Of a DNA stretch of 64,000 bases, positions 50,501 to 58,152 are shown one piece after another; position 1 is the stretch's first letter; each line of letters starts with the position of its first letter. The notes below the pieces were generated by a model that had not been told where the DNA came from, made no database searches, and worked only from the letters and a program-made list of their open reading frames with translations. The position numbers were made by a program, and so were the translations under genes. Source of the stretch: an uncultured Prevotella sp. (GTDB lineage: Bacteria > Bacteroidota > Bacteroidia > Bacteroidales > Bacteroidaceae); the NCBI GenBank assembly GCA_900319715.1, contig ONPM01000004.1, forward strand, positions 1,739 to 65,738. The letters are read 5' to 3'.

Positions 50501-52870
50501 CGTATTGCGCTTCGTAATGGTATATTTTCCCGATTCTGAAATCGGATTTTCATACAGAATATCACCCTCATTTGACGCAACATCAAAGAGCTTGTCACGC
50601 TCCATCAGCGTCTCGTTGATGTTAAGGATGACATTACCATTCACATGGCCAGACTCGAAGCAACCGCCGTAGATGTTACCACCTTTCAGACGACGGTCAA
50701 TGTCGTCAGCAGTACTTGGTATACTCTGGCCTTCCTCGGTAGGCGTAACGTTAGGCACATTATCAAATTGTTTTGTCGTTGAATTGTAAACGACGGTGTT
50801 CCACTCAAGCCCCTGTGACTTATCATTTTTATTCTTCCAACGCATGGGCTGAATCTTCAGGTGCGAGAAGTTGAGTTTCAACTTATCGCCGTTACTGTCA
50901 GGATTGCCAAGAAGACCACCATAATAAGCGGCATTGTAATCTGTAGCATCGACATTTGCCCTGTTACAACCACCCACGAACTTTTCATAGATAATAACCT
51001 TTTCATTGAAGGAGATTTCAGTCAGACCATTGGTCAGTATACTACCCACGTTACCGCCACAATAGAAAGAACCGAACTGGCTGGAATAAGGAACATAACC
51101 CTCGACGTCATCGAACACCACACTGGGCAACAACTTCATGGCACAACCCTCCATGTATTTGTCGAAGACTTTGGCATCTTTCAAATTCATCGAGTTGAAC
51201 TTCGTACTGTTGGATGCGATGTCATCTCTTTTGAAGGTCCGCAGCACACCTTCACCTCTGCCTTCAGCATCGGCTTCGTTGGTCTTCACCATATTCTCGC
51301 CATTGTTGCCGAGGAACAGATTATCGATGGTGACATACGAGCCGATCTTCACATGGGCCTGACGGTTAGGTATGTCTGTCAGTTCATCCAACGAGGCACT
51401 GTTACCACCCACAAAGACAGAACCTTCGACAAAGACTGGCTTTTCTTTGGTACCTCGGAGGAGGAGGGATACCCCGGTGAAAGTGTCACCACTCAAGCCC
51501 AGAATGTCCTTCGGATTATAATAGAAGTCACGCCAGAGGAGTTCGTTCTTCAGCGCCGGGTTGTCGGTATAGGCATACGAGCCGTTACCGCCACCATAGA
51601 CACTACCATGGATAGTGGTCAGGATAGCCACGGTGTTACCACCATAGACATTACCGGAGATATCGTTACCGCCATAGACATTGTTGATGTTGCCGCCGAG
51701 AATTCTCGTTCGCGCTGCAAAGCCTGCAGGAATACCGGTCGGATTCTCCTTCAACTTGATCTGTGCGTTAGGCACGTCCTTGCCGGAAGCATCCAACGGA
51801 CGCACATCGGCCTTTCGGCAACCGCCGTAGACATTGTCGACAGTAAGCGTAGAGGCTTCAGGGATGACCAGCAGCAGCCCCTGCGGACAGGTCATACGAC
51901 CCTCGTTACCACCGCTATAGAGGTTTCTCACCTTACCGCCCAACAAGTTCCACCTGGGCTGAATGGCCATGTCGACCTTGTTGTTGCCACCGAAGAGGTT
52001 TCCGATCTGGAAAGCACCGCTGTTAGGATAGGTGAACTTGTAGTTGATGCCCATCTTGATGAAACGGGCTTCGGTCAACAGGTCAGTACCGCTTTCATCC
52101 TCTTTGCCGTCCTTCACTTTAATGTGGTTCACCACCTTACTTGGATTATCCAGATGGATGACAGCATCCTCGGTCACCGTAGCCATGTTGCCACCACCGA
52201 AGACGTTGACAATAGAGCCGCCCAGGAGTTCGAGATAGGTCTTACCCAAATCGGGCTGGTGGATGTCTAATTGGGTCCTGAGAATTTCAGCGCCCGTTTC
52301 AGCGTCTTTAAGAATATGGATGACATCATTACCATCAGTCTCAGAGCCATAAGTATAGTTACCATTGCCACCGCCAAAGAGTTGACCGATATAGATCTTC
52401 TTGGCATCGTCGGTTTCCTGCTCTTTGCCTTCAACGGTTTTTGTCTTAGTAGAGACACGCACAAAGGCATCCCAGGTGCCGTCAATCTTATTCGCTGTCT
52501 TCTGATTCAGCTCTTCAGGCACTGCCGCATTCGTAGCACTGATGGTACCGGAGATATCATTACCACCATATACCTTATTAATAAGGATATAGTCAGAGGC
52601 ATGTTCACCGTCAATATTGACAAAGGCATTGCCTTCCACGTCAGCCATACGGGCGCCACCATAGACAGCATTGATATCACCAGCATGCACAGTGACTTTC
52701 GTACTTCCCTTCGTCGAACCAGCATTACCGCCACCATAGACGTTACCGCCGATGGTGATCTGGGCAAAGACATTGAACACTGAACATTGAACATTAAGGA
52801 CTACCGCCATCAGCAGCAATCTCATCCATGATGTCCGTTTCATTGTCCTATGTATCATATCTGTCAACAT
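41501..52870 (-). CDS. Giant (3789 aa) VYGGG-repeat surface protein with a T9SS-like C-terminal domain
   Basis: Signal peptide ending VFA|Q, VYGGG repeats, a Tyr-rich middle, a GLUG-like region (FAGTLHGEGYTVSGL), FRPYF, and a CTD ending SGMYVV...MKKVAVKRE. Confidence 0.88.
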   Translation of the reverse strand: MLTDMIHRTMKRTSWMRLLLMAVVLNVQCSVFNVFAQITIGGNVYGGGNAGSTKGSTKVTVHAGDINAVYGGARMADVEGNAFVNIDGEHASDYILINKVYGGNDISGTISATNAAVPEELNQKTANKIDGTWDAFVRVSTKTKTVEGKEQETDDAKKIYIGQLFGGGNGNYTYGSETDGNDVIHILKDAETGAEILRTQLDIHQPDLGKTYLELLGGSIVNVFGGGNMATVTEDAVIHLDNPSKVVNHIKVKDGKEDESGTDLLTEARFIKMGINYKFTYPNSGAFQIGNLFGGNNKVDMAIQPRWNLLGGKVRNLYSGGNEGRMTCPQGLLLVIPEASTLTVDNVYGGCRKADVRPLDASGKDVPNAQIKLKENPTGIPAGFAARTRILGGNINNVYGGNDISGNVYGGNTVAILTTIHGSVYGGGNGSYAYTDNPALKNELLWRDFYYNPKDILGLSGDTFTGVSLLLRGTKEKPVFVEGSVFVGGNSASLDELTDIPNRQAHVKIGSYVTIDNLFLGNNGENMVKTNEADAEGRGEGVLRTFKRDDIASNSTKFNSMNLKDAKVFDKYMEGCAMKLLPSVVFDDVEGYVPYSSQFGSFYCGGNVGSILTNGLTEISFNEKVIIYEKFVGGCNRANVDATDYNAAYYGGLLGNPDSNGDKLKLNFSHLKIQPMRWKNKNDKSQGLEWNTVVYNSTTKQFDNVPNVTPTEEGQSIPSTADDIDRRLKGGNIYGGCFESGHVNGNVILNINETLMERDKLFDVASNEGDILYENPISESGKYTITKRNTGVILSEQGMDVLGDALNVFGAGYGADSEIWGSTTINLNKGYVFQIFGGGEAGAIGKGTYNEQTKKMEYTYDSKYSTYINLNGDKRLSGVARGAKGDDKDMAECEFIYGGAFEGVIAGDTHINLNNGRIFNSFAGSCNADILGHTETYVGTNGFPWIRDHIYGGNDLGGSILATNSPTFSDHIRDEVKAMVAEARPVSSYMEYTQGRVRNILGGCFGDYDYKADAYKNRITNKPYLHNAFVNIRPITNANSVIERVFGAGEGFSGDRDGDKSQDHSYVLIDIPDGITNFTDMEIFGAGAYNGLGMRYPAKDTFDGTVDPNEATAVIDLLRGKVSAAYGGSYEEGITRRTLVNVPEKSTIKINNIFGGAYGMHILPPCDVYEANVNYQGGDARVNGAIYGGNNNVRRTLYAKINVSAPVLKENGYSGTVYGAGRGDYTWAEYTEVNLNKGANVWEVYGGGELGNVLNAESVQKYLQLYSGQPADMVANEDDYWRNPDKWEGGTVGGTLKAAYKTEWLEAWKDAWTIGDYYDPIGEFKRYAYHDEKPYQYTNLLNPLVRVAEMDDRDYSKLTDDQKARIYKRYNTNVIIHEGATVGSYVYGGGYGSEPNTLTGGVYGSTYVALLGGTVVKDIYAAGTTGSVTDVFAAGFTATANAYVDGGMVRNVYGGGWRGSVGYHEGLISDVANNAGDRSGDTHVVVGNLNGTSFLNGVPAINRNVYGGGEGGGIFGTAYVTINNGRIGYRYKNNEYVEELDDVKAGDNLLDRSGNVFGGGYVANSYVDFSDVKVYGGVIRGGLYGGGEVGPIGRGTVKNGAAAPDGTFINGEAKIYKPGGTRVSLFRGHVLRDVFGGGRGFDNWNGEGYMTDEEKKTMDLSSKGYVFGKTEVRILGGEVGTAAGVADGFGNVFGGGNVGYVYSGTGQKSAADGYYYHGSELTEDCSVVITPWCQAKSDITIPNGGGTYQAGQFVPASDLDRLQNKSSAHSTYWDKLDLSGVIVHNAIFAGGNVTVGDAGIYANEKTVHGNVSANVVDIYNRDLVTIGAEHVGGIYGDGNLTLVDGYRELNITNYGTDYYGMSDNISLEDYYKLTDRERAYFALEYQCINAYEATSASGTKSYAKGQRITEEVYNALDDQYKGNWQLWGFCSIYAGRLMNTIQRADFCGIFGSRLVMQGAKDRVPSVADKTDYTVNRVGEVSLNQVQTLAGESDPAFRSHGNYFGIYSVVNYMGGLTSDVDFYGTTRVTDNNNYPADGKTFYQWKEAFPKERKRNNGKVANSVALASGVYLELTTEKSTPEKKDWGYITGVAQLELINVKTGLGGGYVYAKNVHGTRSASGNDQTVLSSYNKQSSAHAKAVTNKVFTYSDTDLKEVETSGNFVHNVKQIIDDCYPTSNAYKGANAAPAHYWFIRGTSYVYDQYITAYTGVANAYSKAQKIPLNINAASYGKMKLEDVKVNLYAYYYSTEANEKDRTPLQNTDETKDNYSVLVNNDVTYHLNDSISYWDWMQLSEVDQRHFVADTYLTIAECKIGDKTYPEGTVLLPADYEKLKAAHPTVYHVAKEENVDFDFVFRRSNNLTHDLGYVVTYAVDNPSAWNTQDPNCTYSPISTGVYGQRFYEAGEVIDKTTRDDYESMGSHKPADTADRKQAKMAEAWVTKQDVTFTDGDKTYHFIAGTPLCKEDYSAATWTTIASQVEQARVCTGTIEFDGQYASKSMLFGEILTTERYNEVVDVYVSDFGGTREAAIAEVNKMVSPAYICYQEGYYGGGFFEAGQKYTALKAWSSLSTEDRQNFRFNYDAFNLLIDPDYSGNMKLYDNNQSPFRYSSVQPIDYQAVYSHAEALNYTDNNGVSHTVSNGDVIDREQYEAIPNEQYHYSPVKVDGNTVYVVNMAFVRGDQPYTVGQVISAEAYSYLTDDQKSHVTALSFSDSELNNTYYYCRADYRISNDVNGHAVTDVRTGSTIGKGGDVRPGVLISQDNYKQLSNLQKHFTIQGNAPEELTTLYVAGQSDVFDLQKDRIITVIFSYDYTESDESGTHIEPISERHIVNIHIHFESGVPEIGNLRSPATVLPGDYVGLFQPTVKPGAYEIMGGGWEVFENEEDAERHRNGREFTNKTPVYWYQDGQYLAYYAKTYLGKTYSNAVPFSVANYHDLREVMADTEFHLHIDHPDVKRNSKIYLNDYTGDAKSGIDLLRDFFDLSVSGLSGHAPLNDRVKAGNHLDFLLHADQSPKAYADWTPLGDETNCFAGTLHGEGYTVSGLNKSLFGNLCGHVYNLGASGSFTSAGIADTGDGYVENCWVKTSATPDANVYAVFGNPSDQVSTTRQIENCYYTTATGDYKTANSSHGIARRMTEQQFYNGEVAYNLNGFFLKERYNRQAAAADKVDTYGYVENRYSNDDIDFLYADGVIPENDDVRLKTNDDGSLTYQPLWPDDYLFFGQSLTYGYQYAGVGTHQEVPSHQNKTGDCHTLQTVPESNRVFRTPAYFGNKKLGTFHFNPYAIMAAKSADGQHEAYPGMTAVDFTGYNDKGYSKTLDADGIFYSPVFDATVSLAGVANADETRNLLVYSPVPTPAETVTADAVPDNGTVLTTYFTEPEMVEKEADATTGMKAEYRAVDALTANDIAGIHGHLVYRSGGKLYTTLDHVLVDRNDFNCPIKYTLGSDNRMWYQRTPDNFVDEKKGWEAVSLPFSAELVTTPDKGEITHFYNGSATGHEYWLREFKGGSVSTADAHTFVANMTKPDAGMAKKYYTNTFLWDYYYSYDSYWDVHQDEYQKTYYKDEHVYSGYPYSAAGAPYIIGLPGSRYYEFDLSGTFNPKNTHTDISRLSQQEVIFASEPGISIAVSDDELTPVKASGYQFQPNYSNTTLQAAGTGYVLAADGGSFDKNAAGAVVEAFRPYFVMAANGTRGVSSDIERIVFGEDDSKMNADEHGDPRLGDSGTLIIYAKKGHIIVESTLGYTTDVRIVTPAGITVSTFSVKPGGTVKVQADFSGMYVVYTADGQYMKKVAVKRE

Positions 52871-52885
52871 ATCATTATTCAGTTA

Positions 52886-54013
52886 TCAATCACCCCTACT
52901 CACTTTGATTCCCGGGTTGTCGATCTCGTCGTCGGAGAGCTGATAGAGGTAGGTTGGCTCAACCGTCAGGTTGATGGTCGTCCGCTTGCCCCGAGTCAAC
53001 GAAGCCAGGCCCGCCAGTACAGACAAGTCGTTGACAGCCACACAGTCCTCGCGCACACGCGATCCTATTTTATTATTCTTAATATCGATGGCATAGACAT
53101 CGTATGTACAAACCAGTGACAGTCCTGTGGCAATCCCATCGCCCGGGGCGAAGAAGCCCGGGAAGACGGTACCGTCGACCGCCAGTTCCTTGCCTTCCGG
53201 ATTGTCGTTATCCAGGGTGAAGTCGTAGATCGTACCTGTCGACGGGGCATTGGCTGCGGCGGGCACCGTAGAATAGCTGACGTCCGTCGCTGTCGGTGTG
53301 AGCTTGACGGTGACACCCGTCAGCTCGTAGGTCGACTGCAACTCCATTTTCTTGATCTTGATGAAACGCAACTTACTGTATTCCGTGCCAACACTGATAT
53401 TAAAGTCGACGCGGACGAAGAGATGGTCAAGCAACAGGCTGACATAGTTCTCCGATTTCATCTCAAAGTGGAACTGTCCCTTCTCTGGTGTATCATCCGT
53501 CGCCGCTTTCGTCGTGCCGTGCCGTATGCCGACGATCACGCAGAGGTCGTTGCCGGAGGCGGCGCTCAGGTTCGTGAGCTTCATCATGGCCCCATCACGA
53601 TAGGACGCCGACCCGTCGACAGGGCTGATCGCACAAAGTCCGATCGTAGCCGGAGAGTAGCCGTAGATACAGTTATGCGGGTCCTTGATACCGATGGAAG
53701 AATACCAGCCCGGTGTCGCTGCCTCAGGATCATAGAAAAACTCTCCCTCGCGTTTCTGAGTAATCGCGGTCTCGGTGGCACCCGACATCAGGAAGAACTG
53801 GATGGGCGAATGGACGTCCCACGCCGTGGCAGCATCGTAGGGCTCCCCAGCACGGGTGGCACGCACCAGATTCAGCGGGACCTCCGTTGGGACAGGCGCC
53901 GGCGTATCGGGCTTGGGCTGGGGGTCCACCGGGGGCAGCGTCTGTTCCGATTCTTCAGAACAGGCGACGAGCAGCAGGGCTGCCAGGAGGAATAACCAAC
54001 TTTTATATCTCAT
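52886..54013 (-). CDS. Fimbrillin-like lipoprotein (putative tip/adaptor pilin)
   Basis: MRYKSWLFLLAALLLVAC lipobox (start moved from the ORF-track 54064 to 54013), TRAG motif, IYGYSP and LDHLFVRVDFNI. Confidence 0.7.
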   Translation of the reverse strand: MRYKSWLFLLAALLLVACSEESEQTLPPVDPQPKPDTPAPVPTEVPLNLVRATRAGEPYDAATAWDVHSPIQFFLMSGATETAITQKREGEFFYDPEAATPGWYSSIGIKDPHNCIYGYSPATIGLCAISPVDGSASYRDGAMMKLTNLSAASGNDLCVIVGIRHGTTKAATDDTPEKGQFHFEMKSENYVSLLLDHLFVRVDFNISVGTEYSKLRFIKIKKMELQSTYELTGVTVKLTPTATDVSYSTVPAAANAPSTGTIYDFTLDNDNPEGKELAVDGTVFPGFFAPGDGIATGLSLVCTYDVYAIDIKNNKIGSRVREDCVAVNDLSVLAGLASLTRGKRTTINLTVEPTYLYQLSDDEIDNPGIKVSRGD

Positions 54014-54038
54014 TCTTAACTTTTTCACTTTCTCACTC

Positions 54039-55199
54039 TTACCAGTTTGGTACATTATGATCAAACGGGGGATCCACCTCTTCCCAGTCGACCACCTTCA
54101 CAGTGTTGATCTCCAGTTTCGAGGAGCCCATATAGTAGGCGTAGACAACCCACGTCTGGTTTCGCCGGAAATTACCCGTTGACATGGAGAAGGAGGCCGA
54201 CATCAGCTGTCCTGTACTACCCAGTCGGAACCAGATGGTGCCCGACAGGCGCTTGTCGCTCTCCGGCAGGTAAATGGGACCTTTCTCCGTCAGCTCGCCG
54301 GCAGCGATGCCTTGGTTGACAAGATCCTCATAATACACATCCGTCATCGAGCTGCTGTAGGCATAGACCGAGGGGTCTTCTATCTGTACGACAGGGTTCA
54401 CGCGGTCGCCCTTCACCAACAGCACCTCCTCCGTGAAGGGAGCCCCCTCCACCCAGTAGCTGGGATGGTCGCCATTGAGGAAGAAGCGTTCCTTACTGTA
54501 CAACATCCCAGGATTCAGGGTGATGCGGTCTATGAACACCTGCTCCAACCCTTCCATGGATGACATCACAAAGCGGATCTTCGACACGGTACGAACCAGT
54601 TTGAGGTTCGCTTCGTTGACATGGAGGACATTGTTCCTGTCGATGACGCTCTTGCCACGGGCCACACCCGACATGGGAACGCCCTTGTCGGCGGGGACGG
54701 TGGAGACGGCCTGATAGGAAGGGCCCTGCGTGAAGCCGAAGAAATGGCCGCCGTTAAAGACCGCATTCTCCAGAACGTCACTGCTATTGACGCTTCCCAA
54801 GTATTCATTGAAACCGACGTTGGCCAGCACATAGACGTCCACCGGCTCAGGCTTCTCGGCAAAGCTCCTGTCGGACAGGGCGATACTATAGGAGGCGCTC
54901 TTGTTGCTGTTCAGGCCCTGCAGCTCCGACTCTTTGGTGAGGGTGAGGCTGGCCACCAGCTTCGACGGATCGCTGCTCCTGAAGACCCATATCTGCAGGT
55001 TATGGATCAGGGCTTCCTCTTCAGTGGGCACGACCTCACCACGGGTTACCGTCGCACGGTCAGGGGCATAGACATAGATATTGAGCTTAGGCACGTATTC
55101 CTCCTCATCGTCGCTGCAGCTGACGCACAACATCAGCAGCACCGGCAACAGGAACAAGGCCCTCAGCCCAAAACATCTATATCTCATTATATTCATCAT
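54039..55199 (-). CDS. Fimbrillin-like lipoprotein
   Basis: LCVSC lipobox, TRGE motif, IHNLQIWVF, VYVLANV, VPMSG, LVRTVSKI and C-terminal VVDWE. Confidence 0.78.
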   Translation of the reverse strand: MMNIMRYRCFGLRALFLLPVLLMLCVSCSDDEEEYVPKLNIYVYAPDRATVTRGEVVPTEEEALIHNLQIWVFRSSDPSKLVASLTLTKESELQGLNSNKSASYSIALSDRSFAEKPEPVDVYVLANVGFNEYLGSVNSSDVLENAVFNGGHFFGFTQGPSYQAVSTVPADKGVPMSGVARGKSVIDRNNVLHVNEANLKLVRTVSKIRFVMSSMEGLEQVFIDRITLNPGMLYSKERFFLNGDHPSYWVEGAPFTEEVLLVKGDRVNPVVQIEDPSVYAYSSSMTDVYYEDLVNQGIAAGELTEKGPIYLPESDKRLSGTIWFRLGSTGQLMSASFSMSTGNFRRNQTWVVYAYYMGSSKLEINTVKVVDWEEVDPPFDHNVPNW

Positions 55200-55227
55200 T
55201 CTTTCAACTTTTCACTTTTTCACCTTT

Positions 55228-57072
55228 TCAATTCTTCAGCAACTCCACCGTCGTAGGTCTGATGGTCTCCCAGTTCTCGACCTTCACGCCGATCTCCATA
55301 CGGGGTGCCAACAGGTCAGGCATCACGTTATAGGCACTCTTGAAGTTCTCTACAATCACATCGAACGTCGTCGTATAGTCCTGGGTAAAGACTCGGTTCT
55401 TGTTCTCGGCTGTCGTATTGGTCGTTGCCGCCGAAGGGTTCACCTCACCGATCAGATAGAACTTCGTACCAGGATAGACGACTCCATCATAACCTATAAA
55501 CTTCTTATCACTTCGATTCTCGAATTCCAGGACGATCTTCACGTTCCTCTTCTCATAGTTCTGGAAGACAAGGGTGTTCGTACACCCCTCATCGGCCGTA
55601 TTGCTCAGACAGTAATAATCATACGTATCACTGCCAGTGTCTGTGGATACCTTCTTGGTCTTGACCTGACTGTCGAAGACAAAATACTGTTGGTCTGTCA
55701 TGGCCTTCACCTCCTCTTCTCCCGACGGCCAGGGCTGCACGGTCTCAGGCCGGAAATCAAAGCCCACAGGATACTGCCCGCCCACGATGACGGCAGTCAG
55801 GGGATAGTAGGTGTTATCGAAACTCACCAAGTCGCCATTAGCATCCACAAAAGGTGTGACGGCAATACGCTTGAGCCGGACACTCAGTCGAGCCACGCCG
55901 TACTGCACCGGAGAGACCATCACAGCCGACTTCGTGGAAGATGTCACTACCGACCCCGCGTCATAATGAGCCAGCACCTCACTCCATTTTGTCGCACTAC
56001 GGTAGACTGATTCCTCAATCTTTTCACCAGAAGTCTGAATCGTACTATTGCCATAATAGCAGAGTTCTGCCGGCCATGAGAACCGGTCGACACTGGTAAT
56101 AGCCGTCTCAACAGTGGTCTGGGTCTGTGCCGTAAAGGCAGAACCGTTCCATTGAATGGCCGCAGCCCCATCGGGCAGACCAATCTGAGCGGGATAGTCT
56201 GTGAGAGGCGTTCCAGACCAAGTGGTCAAAGTCACATGTCCCTTGTCATCAACATTCGCACCAGACTTGATATTGTTACGGATTGCGGTGACGACTGTAG
56301 AGACAGCCTCAGTCTCTGCCAGCCCCACCTCTTCATACAATTCCTCCAGAAATGCCCTGAGGCTGGCGGAAGAGCCACCGAGCACAGCATAGTTGCCCCC
56401 ATCGTCCTTATGGATGAAGTCTTTGTAGAGGGCTTTCAACTTGGGGTCTTCCGTAGTCGCCCATCCTGGGGTGTTGGCAACGGCTGTCAGATAGTCGGCT
56501 AAGGCCTTAGCACGGCTGCCGGGCGTCACAGAGGCGCTGATCTGTTCCGGACTGAAGCGGATCTGTGAGGGGCCATTGGCATCCAGATAATTCGTGATGG
56601 CAGAGCCGTAATAAGCCTTGTCACTAGCCGGGATGGCCTCGCTGCCCTCCTGCACGGAGTTGGCGCCACGGCCATAGAACAACACAGAGGCCGTGCCAGA
56701 CCAGAAAGGACAGTCAGGATAATAATAGTATGCCGATGGCGTCAGGGCTGTCGGCTTGCCGGTCACCCGTCCCGTACCATCACCGCTCAACTCATCATAG
56801 ACGAAGGGGAGATGGTCTTTCGCGATGGTTCCTGCCACCTTAAACGGGATAATACGCACATCCTTCAGGCCACGGAAGTCTGCATAGGACGGCTGTACGA
56901 CAGGGTCGGCCATACGTGTCCCGGCACCGACATCAGGCAAGGAAAGAGCGAGACTCACAGAGACAGGCGAGTCTTCGGCAGTAACTACCGGCTCCTCAAC
57001 CTCACGGTCGGCACATCCCGCCAGGGCTGCCAACAGCGTTATTCGTACTATGAGTTTCTCTATCTTCATCAC
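55228..57072 (-). CDS. Type V pilin-like lipoprotein, paralog of 58153-60087
   Basis: LAGC lipobox, GTRM motif; shares LPDG.A, PAEL.YY.NS, YGV..L, GGQ, FYLIGE and PDL..W blocks with the 644-aa protein. Confidence 0.75.
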   Translation of the reverse strand: MMKIEKLIVRITLLAALAGCADREVEEPVVTAEDSPVSVSLALSLPDVGAGTRMADPVVQPSYADFRGLKDVRIIPFKVAGTIAKDHLPFVYDELSGDGTGRVTGKPTALTPSAYYYYPDCPFWSGTASVLFYGRGANSVQEGSEAIPASDKAYYGSAITNYLDANGPSQIRFSPEQISASVTPGSRAKALADYLTAVANTPGWATTEDPKLKALYKDFIHKDDGGNYAVLGGSSASLRAFLEELYEEVGLAETEAVSTVVTAIRNNIKSGANVDDKGHVTLTTWSGTPLTDYPAQIGLPDGAAAIQWNGSAFTAQTQTTVETAITSVDRFSWPAELCYYGNSTIQTSGEKIEESVYRSATKWSEVLAHYDAGSVVTSSTKSAVMVSPVQYGVARLSVRLKRIAVTPFVDANGDLVSFDNTYYPLTAVIVGGQYPVGFDFRPETVQPWPSGEEEVKAMTDQQYFVFDSQVKTKKVSTDTGSDTYDYYCLSNTADEGCTNTLVFQNYEKRNVKIVLEFENRSDKKFIGYDGVVYPGTKFYLIGEVNPSAATTNTTAENKNRVFTQDYTTTFDVIVENFKSAYNVMPDLLAPRMEIGVKVENWETIRPTTVELLKN

Positions 57073-57106
57073 ATCAACTCTTTTTCACCTTTTCACTTTT
57101 TCACCT

Positions 57107-58147
57107 TTACAATGGCACTTCATGATGCCCTGCCTCTTTCCAGTCGAGGGTGACGCTGACTGCCAATCCCGGCTCGTCAGACTCCAGACTGCCATCGGAA
57201 GACATCCGGGCATGGAGAATCTTCAACTGCGCTGCCAGCAAAGGATTCTTGACTCCTATGACGCTCTTCGTCACAGTCCCATCAGCCAAAAAGGCATAAA
57301 CGTGTAACTCCCACAGGGCATCAGGAGCATCGATAGAGGCACGAGGGTCTTCCACTTCAGTCACAAGACGCGTCGACGGACCTGACGGATTCTTTGACGG
57401 GAAATTGACGGTACAGAAGCACTGCTGGTTGTCGCTGCCCGTATTGATCTTATCTGTCACAATCATCGGCGGTCTTTCGGAATAGACATACGAACTGTCT
57501 GCTATATTAAAAGATGTGGCAAACCCCGTGGCAAACACTTTCAGGTCCTTAAGGGTTGCCTTGCTGGTATCGAGGATCAGACCGGCGGCACAGTTTGCCA
57601 TATACAGACGTACAAAGATCGTCTGGTCATCATTTTTCTTCATCCTGATGGCCTCTCTTGCTGTGAACAGGCCTGTCTTATGAGTACTGATGGTATCACT
57701 GCGAGACTGCAGGAACTGCGCCGTTCGACAATGATTGCCCCCTTCTTGGGTGACGATCCCGTTTCCATCCACATTTGCGGTCGCCAGATGCATGTAATCA
57801 CGGTAAGGGATATAGAGTGTATAACTCATCTCGTTGGCATCCATCTGGTGCTGTTCATGATGCAGACGGGCGAAATCGCCCTGAGTGTCGTAGAACGAGA
57901 GGTCCAAGTCATGGGCATAGTCAGAGAAAACAGGAGAAAGATATCTCCTCAGCGCCTCCAACAGCCGGGCATCAGTCTTCTTATCCAACTCTTTCTGGAG
58001 TTCGATAGACAGGTTGGTCACCAGATGCAGTTCGTAATCCAGTTTCAATGTCTCATCACAGTCGCTCAGGTCTTCATCAATCGCCGAGCAGCCAGAGAAT
58101 ACGACCGCCATAACCATCCCAAAGATGATGCTGACTATGCTCTTCAT
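57107..58147 (-). CDS. FimB/Mfa2-like anchor pilin lipoprotein
   Basis: FSGCSAIDEDLSDC is an Mfa2-type N-terminus with a second Cys and no early TR site; C-terminal VTLDWK. Confidence 0.72.
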   Translation of the reverse strand: MKSIVSIIFGMVMAVVFSGCSAIDEDLSDCDETLKLDYELHLVTNLSIELQKELDKKTDARLLEALRRYLSPVFSDYAHDLDLSFYDTQGDFARLHHEQHQMDANEMSYTLYIPYRDYMHLATANVDGNGIVTQEGGNHCRTAQFLQSRSDTISTHKTGLFTAREAIRMKKNDDQTIFVRLYMANCAAGLILDTSKATLKDLKVFATGFATSFNIADSSYVYSERPPMIVTDKINTGSDNQQCFCTVNFPSKNPSGPSTRLVTEVEDPRASIDAPDALWELHVYAFLADGTVTKSVIGVKNPLLAAQLKILHARMSSDGSLESDEPGLAVSVTLDWKEAGHHEVPL

Positions 58148-58152
58148 CTCTC

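Noticed and set aside
16008-52870. Diversity-generating retroelement or shufflon acting on the giant genes
   Set aside because: No reverse transcriptase or recombinase is present and no template/variable pair differing at adenines was seen. The recurring CCGCCATAGAC simply encodes VYGG.
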